Source: Candidatus Latescibacterota bacterium
GTDB taxonomy: Bacteria; Latescibacterota; UBA2968
NCBI GenBank assembly: GCA_965222605.1
Contig: OZ244960.1
Span: 5,824,001 to 5,888,000 of the forward strand
Length of the DNA stretch: 64,000 nt
Reading direction: 5' to 3'
The notes beneath the pieces are model-generated. The model saw only the letters and a list, made by a program, of their open reading frames with translations, did no database searches and was not told where the DNA came from. Of this stretch, positions 19,706 through 28,043 are shown in pieces. A program made the translations under genes and the position numbers. Positions within the stretch are counted from its first letter, which is position 1. Each line of letters starts with the position of its first letter.

Positions 19706-20442
19706 ATGTGGAACCATATTATGTTGACCATTTGTTCGGTGTTTGTGTTGACAGGTCCGGCATCGACTGGAGACATGACCCGTGACCCGGACAAGGACTT
19801 CAATAAGCTAAGCACCGCAGGAAACCAACGCCCTCAAGGGATCTGGTCGAACGGAACGACCATGTGGGTGGTGGACTCCTATGACCAGAAAATTTATGCC
19901 TACAACCTGAGGACCAAAGCCCGTGACTCGAACAGGATGATAGCTGGGACCGCGAGAATCGTCCTGTGATGAATGTGAGCTGGGAAGATGCCCAGTCTTA
20001 TGTTCGCTGGTTGTCTGGCAAGACGGGAAAACCCTATCGTTTATTGAGTGAATCGGAATGGGAGTATGTGGCGCGTGCAGGTACAGAGACGGCGTATAGC
20101 TGGGGGGATCATATTGGTGAAAACCGTGCCAATTGTGATGGTTGCGGCAGTCAGTGGGATGGTAAGCAGACGGCGCCAGTGGGATCATTCGCAGCCAATG
20201 GCTGGGGCCTTTACGACATGCACGGTAATGTAAGGGAGTGGGTGGAAGACTGCTATCATGGCAGCTATGCGGGCGCACCTACTGATGGAAGTGCACGGGA
20301 GTCTACGGAGGGGTGCTGGCGCGTGTTTCGTGGTGGTTCGTGGGACCTCGAACCGAGGAATTTGCGTTCGGCGTATCGCAGCAGAGGCACCACCGATGTT
20401 CGGTACTACAGCATCGGTTTTCGAGTTGCCCGGTCTTTTTAA
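19706..20442 (+). pseudogene. chimeric/frameshifted secreted protein: signal peptide + one beta-propeller-like repeat joined out of frame to an FGE-sulfatase C-terminal half
   Basis: 19706-19969 MWNHIMLT...GIWSNGTTMWVVDS; from ~19936 another frame reads DDSWDRENRPVMNVSW, matching the FGE domain, and continues as ORF 19966-20442. Confidence 0.7.
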
Positions 20443-20540
20443 CTCCTGATTCTTTACATCTTTACCTCTTTTGTGGGGGAGGGTGGGGGGTGGGGGCTTG
20501 GGGGTTGGTTTTAGACGGGGGGTTTTACGATTTTTTTTCG
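20332..20540 (+). repeat. DGR-type variable repeat VR2 plus conserved 3' tail
   Basis: Same length as VR1 (111 nt to stop) with identical flanks and codon-position-1/2 variation. Confidence 0.75.
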
Positions 20541-20622
20541 AGGGAGGGTTTACGTGGTATGTTCGAAGAATTTTCCCCATTGAACAATCCTGTTATAGGA
20601 TAGGATATCAGGAGTTAGGCTT

Positions 20623-21081
20623 TTGAATGACCAGTCAAATGCTCGGGCACGTCAAACTGGACCGGCATTAGAGGCACATTACCAGTTCATTCTGTGGCTG
20701 GTGCCCACCCTGGAGCGATTTCCCCGCAATCAGTGGGATGCAGAGAAGACAGCTCCAGGGGGCTCGTTTAGTGCCAACAGATGGGGTCTCCACGACATGC
20801 ACGGTAATGTGGCAGAGTGGGTGCAAGATTGTTGGAACTGGGATTACAAGGGGGCACCTGCAGACGGTTCTGCGTGGGAGTCTGGGGACTGTTCTGAGCG
20901 CGTGTTGCGTGGTGGTTCGTGGATAAGCGAACCCTATTCTGATTTCAGTCTTGCTATCTGCTCGGCATGTCGGGCCAGCATACTCCTCAAATCTCGCCAA
21001 AGAAGGATTTTCGGTCATATAGTTGGAGGTGAAATTTTCCGAAGTAGCACCGTCGGTTTTCGAGTTGTCCGGTCTTTTTAG
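20623..21081 (+). pseudogene. avd: Avd (DGR accessory protein) N-terminal fragment fused in frame to FGE-sulfatase C-terminus with VR3
   Basis: TGPALEAHYQFILWLVPTLERFPRNQ resembles the Avd N-terminal helix; switches at CAG (20731-20733) to WDAEKTAPGGSF...GLHDMHGNVAEW...VGFRVVRSF. Confidence 0.7.
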
Positions 21082-21132
21082 ATCCTGATTCTTTATTTTT
21101 TCCCTCTTGTGTGGGGGAGGAAGGAGAAAACC

Positions 21133-22788
21133 ATGCGTAAACGAATCACGACTGTTGTTATCATCGTCACCACGCTTTTGATCTATCCGCTGTCTCAGGT
21201 TCCTGGGAGTAGTCACGATACATGTGATACGCCGCCTAACAGGGCCCCTATGGCGAAGGGCACCATTGATCCTGTGACGCTGGGTGTTAATCCTGATACT
21301 ATAGATGTATCGGACAAATTCAAGGATGATGACGGAGATACGCTGACATACAAGGTATTAGTGAGTGCAGACGCCATTGTAAAGGCGCATATGGATAGCA
21401 GTAAAGTGATAATCGGTCGGGACAGTGTGTTCCGTGCGACAATTACCGTGGTGGCTACAGACCCAGACAGTTTGAAGGCAACGCAGACGATAGCAGTGAA
21501 GGTGAATCAAGCTCCTTTGGCGGTGGACTCGATTGCTTCCGTGATGCTGGGTGTTGATCCCGACACTGTGGATGTATCGGACAAATTTAGCGATGCGGAC
21601 GGAGATACACTGACATACAAGGCGACGGTGAGTGATACAGCTATTGCAACGGTGAGTATGGATGATGGCAAGGTGACCATCAAGCCTGGGACGAAGGAGG
21701 GCAATACGATGGTGACGGTGACAGCGGAAGATCGGTGGGGATTGCAAGCAAAACAATACATTGCTGTGGTACAAGTGGATCCGATAATCAAAGTCATTGA
21801 ACACATAATCATTGTGTTTGTAGTAACTGGAATTGGAGCTTTGCTTTTAAAATTCGCCTTTAAATTTAATTTTAACTTTGATACTCGTATAGGTGAAAAA
21901 GGTAAGGTTCAGGAAAATAAAGATGCGCTTAGGAGGCTCCAGTATATCGTCGGAGTTCTGGGTATCGGACTGCCGCTTCTCCTGCTCATTGCATGTCTGT
22001 ACGATTACGGGTCTAATACTATGATGGTAGAAGATTTCAGTAAGTGTGTCAAAAATTCAATCAGTGCGTATTACGATAGCGCGAGTCGAGACGTATTCGT
22101 TGGGATTCTATGCGTAATCGGTGCATTTCTGTTTGCCTATAAAGGCTATGACACTCGGGATGACCAGGCGAGCCATCTCGCGGGATTGTCGGCGTTCGGA
22201 GTTGCACTCTTCCCCGCGACAAGCAACAACAGAGCGGTAGAGGCGATGCATTACTTGTCTGCCATATTGCTCTTTTTGACGCTGGCCTATATTTCGCGGT
22301 ATCGTTTTACAAAATCGAAATGTGAGTCTATACGACCAGGAACGCTCAAGGCGAAACGGAACCAGGTGTATAATTGGTGTGCTTATATGATGATATTTGG
22401 CCTGCTTGCTATCGGTGCATTTAAGTGCTTGAAATTGCCCGCGATGAACGACTACAAGATGATGTCCGCCGCCGTGCTACTTTTGGTACTGACCTATTTT
22501 TTAATAAATGCCTATTTTTCATGGCATTCTACAGAAAAGGCTAAACAGAATAAGAAAAGCGCACATGTGATAACATTTGGCCTCTTCGCTATTGGAGTTG
22601 GGGTTTGGACACAATATTATCTGACTTCGTTTCCCTTTATGTTTGTGACCGAAACCGTGCTGTTTTTAGCGTTTGGCATTTCGTGGTTGGTCAAGAGTGA
22701 CACATTGATATTATTACGCGATAAAGATGAAAATGATGTCGATGATGATCAAAATGGTGCCGATGACGATGAAAATGATAGTGCGTAG
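21133..22788 (+). CDS. secreted/membrane protein: two Ig/cadherin-like repeats + multi-TM C-terminal domain (DUF998-like)
   Basis: NRAP/NQAP...DVSDKF.D.DGDTLTY...TVTA.D repeats; SISAYY, FVGILCVIGAFLFAYKGY, AFGISWLVK. Confidence 0.7.
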   Translation: MRKRITTVVIIVTTLLIYPLSQVPGSSHDTCDTPPNRAPMAKGTIDPVTLGVNPDTIDVSDKFKDDDGDTLTYKVLVSADAIVKAHMDSSKVIIGRDSVFRATITVVATDPDSLKATQTIAVKVNQAPLAVDSIASVMLGVDPDTVDVSDKFSDADGDTLTYKATVSDTAIATVSMDDGKVTIKPGTKEGNTMVTVTAEDRWGLQAKQYIAVVQVDPIIKVIEHIIIVFVVTGIGALLLKFAFKFNFNFDTRIGEKGKVQENKDALRRLQYIVGVLGIGLPLLLLIACLYDYGSNTMMVEDFSKCVKNSISAYYDSASRDVFVGILCVIGAFLFAYKGYDTRDDQASHLAGLSAFGVALFPATSNNRAVEAMHYLSAILLFLTLAYISRYRFTKSKCESIRPGTLKAKRNQVYNWCAYMMIFGLLAIGAFKCLKLPAMNDYKMMSAAVLLLVLTYFLINAYFSWHSTEKAKQNKKSAHVITFGLFAIGVGVWTQYYLTSFPFMFVTETVLFLAFGISWLVKSDTLILLRDKDENDVDDDQNGADDDENDSA

Positions 22789-23425
22789 GAGTAATTGTGC
22801 AGAAACCGAGCCTGATAGAATGTCTTGCCATTAAACGAAAGAGAAAAATGTAGTTAGAGTTTCGGGATAGCACTCATCATCAAGAACCCAAAATCTCCAA
22901 TGTCTTTTTTCGCTGGCGAATACAGGTTTGTCCTCTAAGCACAGCCACCAATTCAAATAATCCCGGCCCAAACCCAACGCCGCAAAGTGCAAGGCGCGTT
23001 AATGCGTTTGGAACCCAACAGGTCGGGTTCACCAGCCAATGTGTACGTGTGGCGTCGCACGCAACGATAGTAGGCGAAAATTGATAAAAGAAGAGACAGC
23101 ATGCGAAGAGTGATCACAAGTATTTTTGTTCTATTTTTACTGGGATTCTCCACAGTTGCATTCGCCCAACTGCCACCGGAGGTCATGGTAGATAAACATC
23201 TGATGCAGGCAGAACAGCTACTTGAGAAAAAAGACTATATAGTTGCGTTCAACATGATGGACAAAATCATCGCGCTGCAAAAAGAGCACAGTCTCACATT
23301 GCCAGACGAGTTCCACTTTAAGTATACACAGACGTGATGTGTGACTTTAAATAGCGAAAAAGAGGTTCCTCGGCTATCTTGAATTGTTCACTAAACAAGA
23401 AGCCATTCAACGAAAGGAACCTCCA

Positions 23426-24390
23426 ATGTATAATTTAGACCTTTTTGTCATTGCAATCTACTGTTTTATTGAAGACGAACTTTATTCGGCTTTCTGTAAG
23501 GTACATGGCAAGCCCCGTCAAGCAGGCTTTGAGCCCGGTCTAAGTGATGCCGAATGTCTCACCATAGAAATCGTGGGTCACTTTCTGGGATATTCAAGCC
23601 AGAAAAAACTTTATGAGCAGATGAAAGAACACTTCATAGATTGGTTTCCCACTTTGAAAGACCGTCCTGCCTTTGTGCGTCAATGTGCCAATTTGTGGGT
23701 TGTCAAGATGTGGATGCAACAGCGGATTGTTGCCAGCTTGGAAGGGCATCAGGCATCCTGCCAGATCATAGATACGCTACCCTTACCGATCTGTAAACTG
23801 GCAAGGCGACATTATCGCAAGATATTTACAAGAGAGCCAGTCTTTGAGTTCCCACCCCCTTCAAAAGGCTTCTGTGCTGCCAAAAGCGAAGCGTATTTTG
23901 GTTTTAAGGGTGGCCTGAGGATCACGGATTATGGCCTTATTGTCCACGCGCCGATCTTGAAAGCGTATGGACACGACAAGAACTGCCGAGAGGCACTCCT
24001 TGATGGCACAATGGGAGATACAACCGTCTTGGCCGATGCGGCCTTTATGGATTTGGACTGGCAAAAAAGGTGCTTTGATACCTACCGAATACGCATAAAG
24101 ACACCCTTAAAGTCCAATATGAAAGACAATCCTGAACGCACCCCTTTCATTTTGCCCAAAGCGAAGAAAGCCACAAGGCGATTAGTCGGAGCGGTGTACA
24201 ACTTCGCAGAAGTTCAACCGTTTATGCACAATTGACAGAACGCTTGCATATTGCCCGCATGAAAGTGCGAGATGCATGGCATTTATTGAACTTGTGGCAT
24301 ACCAAAATCTTAACCCATACTATGTGTGTCTTTCTCAATATCATCAATTATCGAGACCCTCTTGATTTTGATGGCCTCGTGCAATTTTGA
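23426..24390 (+). pseudogene. IS982 DDE transposase, frameshifted
   Basis: LSDAECLTI, IIDTLPLPIC, YFGFK, LADAAF; frame broken at 24188-24216; C-terminus TVYAQLTER...TKILTHT in another frame. Confidence 0.85.
24188..24216 (+). repeat. hairpin mini-element copy
   Basis: GGAGCGGTGTACAACT-TC-GCA-GA-AGTTCA; same family as 35613, 46650, 53411, 53462. Confidence 0.7.
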
Positions 24391-24546
24391 AGTCACACAT
24401 CGCGTTATACACAGATTGCCTTTTCAACAGGCTCGATGCAGACCGCTGTGAACGGCAGGGAGCAGGAATGATGACAGACGAGACGGCGGAGCTTGGCCCG
24501 TAGTGCCTTTATATGGGAACCGTAACTATCTGGGCTAAGATGTGCG

Positions 24547-24792
24547 TTATTTGGCGCGTTGACGCCATCCTCTTATTCTTTCTCTCTGTTGTCTGACAAG
24601 TGTGACGACTTCTTGCGTAGAGATGTCTGCCTCGATTGAAGGAACATCCAGTGGTGACCCGGAGAGGCGTTCTGGCACCAGGGCATAAGTCCTGCCGTCT
24701 TTTCTGCGTATAAGGACCTTACCCATTGATTCGGCTTTGTCGAGTACGCTGGAGAGTCTTTGTCTGGCTTCTGAGTACGTATATACTTCCAT
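24547..24792 (-). CDS. Phd/YefM-like antitoxin
   Basis: MEVYTYSEARQRLSSVLDKA...VLIRRKDG...SPLDVP. Confidence 0.8.
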   Translation of the reverse strand: MEVYTYSEARQRLSSVLDKAESMGKVLIRRKDGRTYALVPERLSGSPLDVPSIEADISTQEVVTLVRQQRERIRGWRQRAK

Positions 24793-24793
24793 C

Positions 24794-25192
24794 TCATTCC
24801 TCCAAATTAACGAGGTTGATACCGAGTGCATCTGCGGCACGTTTAAGTGTTCGATCCAGTGTTAATAAGGGTGCTGCATGCCGCAAGGCGCAGTCCAATA
24901 AGTACGCGTCGTATGCGTATGCGTTTACCTGAGCCGCGATGGACAGAACATTTGCCATGTCAATGTTCACGTATTGCAGGGGGATGCTATCGAGAATCTC
25001 CAGCCCCCGCTGTGCATCCGCGACGCTGATGCGATGTTGCTTGATCATCGCAGAGAAGGCATTTCCGATTTCCCAGGGAATGGAACCGGGACCGATAAGT
25101 GTGTGACCCGATGTGGCTGCGATAATCGCGTCTCTTTCAGGTTCAGCTACGATCACCGCAATGATCGCTGACGTATCAATTACAATGTTCAT
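24794..25192 (-). CDS. vapC: PIN-domain (VapC) toxin
   Basis: IVIDTSAII, EIGNA, YAYDAYLL, LLTLD. Confidence 0.85.
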   Translation of the reverse strand: MNIVIDTSAIIAVIVAEPERDAIIAATSGHTLIGPGSIPWEIGNAFSAMIKQHRISVADAQRGLEILDSIPLQYVNIDMANVLSIAAQVNAYAYDAYLLDCALRHAAPLLTLDRTLKRAADALGINLVNLEE

Positions 25193-25214
25193 TATGGTCT
25201 CCTCAAGACACTAT

Positions 25215-25244
25215 CAATTGTACAATTGTCTGAAGAAATGTCAA
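25215..25244 (-). promoter_or_regulatory. TA promoter with palindromic operator
   Basis: Minus-strand TTGACA-16 bp-TACAAT; the -10 lies within the perfect palindrome CAATTGTACAATTG. Confidence 0.55.
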
Positions 25245-25307
25245 GGGATATATACTTCAAAGGTGCCTCGTGCTGAAAGAAATTGACCAGGAAAAGATAG
25301 GTGTAGT

Positions 25308-25379
25308 ATGAAGCGTCTTTGTATCGTGCTTGCAGTCGTTGCAAGTTGTCTATGGGTATGTTTGATCAAAACGGCGTAA
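25308..25379 (+). pseudogene. orphan signal-peptide remnant
   Basis: MKRLCIVLAVVASCLWVCLIKTA*, similar to the leader of 17783. Confidence 0.45.
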
Positions 25380-25402
25380 TACCAAAATAGAAGGAAAAAC
25401 CA

Positions 25403-27721
25403 ATGCGTAAACAGATTCTGTTTCTCTTATCAACACTCGCGCTTTTGATATATCCGCTGTCTCTTTCGGGACAGAATAGTACGGCAGGTGATCAAGACCT
25501 TACCCCGGACTTTGATGGGGATGGTCAGGTTGGCTTCCCTGACTTTTTGGCGTTTGTGGGTCAGTTTGGGGCACGTGAGGGGGATGGGCGTTATGATGTC
25601 AGATATGATCTGGATAGTGATGGCGAAATTGGATTTTCCGATTTTCTGCTCTTTAGTGCCAGCTTTGGCAAAGGGGAGCCTGCCTCTGGCGGTGATGGTG
25701 CAACGATGGTTGCTATTCCGGATGGGAACCTGCGTGCTGCTATTGAGGCTATTCTCAACAAGGTGAGTGGTGCGCCGATCACTCAGGGTGAGATGGCGGC
25801 CTTGACGCGCCTTGATGCCCGGAATGCGAATATCAAGGACTGGGCCGGGCTTGAGTTTGCGACTAACCTGATAGATCTGAATCTTGAAGACAACAACCTC
25901 TCGGATGTATCTGCGTTGTCTGGCTTGACTCGTCTGGAAGTGCTGAATCTTGGGTCCAACGACCTCTCAGATGTGTCTGCGTTGTCGGGCTTAACCAACC
26001 TGACATTTCTGAATCTTTCTGACAACAGTATCTCGGACCTCACGCCCCTATCGAGTTTGACTAACCTGACAACGCTGGATCTTTCCGGCACCGGCGTCAG
26101 GGATTTGTCAGCGTTGTCTGGCTTGACCAATCTGGAATCGCTGGATCTTGCTAACAACAGGATCACGGATGTATCTGTATCGTCATTGTCAGTTTTGACC
26201 AATCTGAGGTCGTTGGAACTTTCCTCCAACTTCATTGGTGATGTATCTGCATTGTCAGTTTTGACCAATCTGAGGTCGTTGGATCTTTCCTCCAATTTCA
26301 TCAGGGATGTGTCCGCGCTGTCTGGCTTGGTCAATCTGACGGATCTGGATCTTTCCTTCACGAGCATCAGTGATGTGTCAGTGCTGTCTGGCTTGATCAA
26401 TCTGGAATCGCTGGATCTTTCCTTCACCAGTATCAGTGATTTGTCAGTGCTGTCTGGCTTGATCAATCTGGAATCGCTGGATCTTTCCGGCACCGGTATC
26501 AGGGATTTGTCAGCGTTGTCTGGCTTGACTAATCTGACAAGTCTGAAACTTTACAAAACCAGTATCTCAGACCTCGCACCTCTGGTCGCAAACACGGGAT
26601 TGGGCAGTGGAGATGAGATTGATGTGAGAGAAACTCCGTTGAGTGACACATCACGCAAAACGCATATTCTATCCCTTCTGCGTAGAGGAGTTGAGATTTC
26701 TTTTTATGTAAGTATCCCAGATATTAATCTGCACGCTGTTATTGAGGATAGTCTCGGCAAGGCGCAAGGGGCACCAATTGCGGTAGCTGAAATGGCGGCC
26801 TTGACGCGCTTTAGTGCCCGGGATGCGAATATTAGGGACTTAACAGGGCTTGAGTTTGCTGCTAATCTGGTATGGTTACATCTTGGTTCCGGTGTGATTG
26901 ATCCGTTTTCCAACAGCAACGAGATATCCGACATCTCGCCCCTTTCTGGCTTGACCAACCTGACTTATCTGAATCTTTTTCTCAACGATGTCTCGAATAT
27001 CACCCCATTATCAGGCTTGACCCGTCTGGAATGGCTGAATCTTGCCAACAACAGCATCAGTGATGTGTCCGCGCTGTCAGGCTTGACCCGTCTGGAAGGG
27101 CTGAATCTTAACAATATGAACATCACAGATGTGTCAGCACTATCGGGCTTGACCCGTCTGGAATGGTTGCGTCTTACATTCAGCGACATTGTTGATGTGT
27201 CCGCGCTGTCAGGCTTGACCAACCTGACTTTTCTGTTTCTTGGTTACACCAACATCTCGAATATCACACCATTATCAGGCATGACCAATCTGGAAGAACT
27301 GCGTCTTAACAATAACAACATCAGTGATGTGTCCGCACTCTCAGGCTTGACCCGTCTGAATTACCTGGTGCTTACCCGCAACAACATCAGTGATGTGTCC
27401 GCACTCTCAGGCTTGACCAATCTGGAACAGCTGTGGCTTTACAACAACAGCATCTCGGATCTTGCGCCTCTGGTGGCAAACACGGGATTGGGTACTGGAG
27501 ATGTGGTTGGTGTGCAGAATAATCCGTTGAGTGCCATATCGCTCAACACGCATATTCCAGCCCTTCAAGACAGAGGAGTTGAGGTGCGTTTTGGCGCGTT
27601 GAAGCCCGCGGTGGAGAAGGAGGAATCCTCAGGGCTTGAGGAGTGGGAGGCAGGAGATTATATTTTTCGCAGGCAGGTGGAGAAGGGAAAGGACGCGCTC
27701 AAATCCGCGACAGAGCAGTAA
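25403..27721 (+). CDS. secreted leucine-rich-repeat (internalin-like) protein with EF-hand/dockerin-like N-terminus
   Basis: DFDGDGQVGFPDF / DLDSDGEIGFSDF; two blocks of 22-aa LSGLTNLxxLxLxxNxIxDxS repeats with IPDxNL caps. Confidence 0.9.
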   Translation: MRKQILFLLSTLALLIYPLSLSGQNSTAGDQDLTPDFDGDGQVGFPDFLAFVGQFGAREGDGRYDVRYDLDSDGEIGFSDFLLFSASFGKGEPASGGDGATMVAIPDGNLRAAIEAILNKVSGAPITQGEMAALTRLDARNANIKDWAGLEFATNLIDLNLEDNNLSDVSALSGLTRLEVLNLGSNDLSDVSALSGLTNLTFLNLSDNSISDLTPLSSLTNLTTLDLSGTGVRDLSALSGLTNLESLDLANNRITDVSVSSLSVLTNLRSLELSSNFIGDVSALSVLTNLRSLDLSSNFIRDVSALSGLVNLTDLDLSFTSISDVSVLSGLINLESLDLSFTSISDLSVLSGLINLESLDLSGTGIRDLSALSGLTNLTSLKLYKTSISDLAPLVANTGLGSGDEIDVRETPLSDTSRKTHILSLLRRGVEISFYVSIPDINLHAVIEDSLGKAQGAPIAVAEMAALTRFSARDANIRDLTGLEFAANLVWLHLGSGVIDPFSNSNEISDISPLSGLTNLTYLNLFLNDVSNITPLSGLTRLEWLNLANNSISDVSALSGLTRLEGLNLNNMNITDVSALSGLTRLEWLRLTFSDIVDVSALSGLTNLTFLFLGYTNISNITPLSGMTNLEELRLNNNNISDVSALSGLTRLNYLVLTRNNISDVSALSGLTNLEQLWLYNNSISDLAPLVANTGLGTGDVVGVQNNPLSAISLNTHIPALQDRGVEVRFGALKPAVEKEESSGLEEWEAGDYIFRRQVEKGKDALKSATEQ

Positions 27722-27786
27722 TTCAAAGAAAAACAAAAGGCCGTAAGTATTGCTCAATTGCAACAAAAACTTACGACCCAAAAAAT

Positions 27787-27860
27787 TGGTTGCCCCTCAG
27801 GGATTCGAACCCCGATACCTGGAACCAAAATCCAGTGTCTTGCCATTAGACGAAGGGGCA
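27787..27860 (-). tRNA. tRNA-Gln(UUG)
   Basis: Reverse complement TGCCCCT...AGGGGCA-A-CCA, anticodon loop TT-TTG-GT, GGTTCGAATCC. Confidence 0.93.
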
Positions 27861-27952
27861 ATAACTTGTGTTGAGGGGTAAATATAAATTTTTAGCCGAT
27901 TACTGGCAACACACTTTTTAGAAATTAGCAGTCAGCGGTCAGATAGAACCTT

Positions 27953-28043
27953 CTGGGATCGCGGCTAAGCATGCCCCCGTAGTGTTTTTATACGGGGATC
28001 CTGCCGCGATGACGCACGGGACAGCACGGGGGCCGTCCCCTAC
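27953..28043. repeat. cluster of REP-like palindromes
   Basis: GGATCGCGGC...GCCGCGATGAC element (also at 53366) and minus-strand GTAG-GGGACGGC-CCCCGT-GCTGTCCC. Confidence 0.6.

Larger units (their letters stand above)
23332..24405 (+). mobile_element. IS982-family insertion sequence
   Basis: Terminal IR ACGTGATGTGTGACTT / AAGTCACACATCGCGT; 9 bp target duplication TATACACAG (23323-23331, 24406-24414). Confidence 0.88.
23101..24471 (+). pseudogene. secreted protein (AQLPPE N-terminal module) interrupted by IS982 and truncated
   Basis: Signal peptide; frame ...FHFKYTQ resumes after the IS as IAFSTGSMQTAV and stops at 24471. Confidence 0.65.

Noticed and set aside
18812-21120. Complete, active DGR
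   Set aside because: No reverse transcriptase ORF and no AAC-rich template repeat found in the window; only targets and an avd fragment.
25780-27480. CRISPR-like or non-coding tandem repeats
   Set aside because: The 66-bp periodicity is fully explained by the 22-aa LRR coding units.
14030-27786. Prophage or ICE
   Set aside because: No integrase, phage structural or conjugation genes, and no clear tRNA 3'-end duplication.
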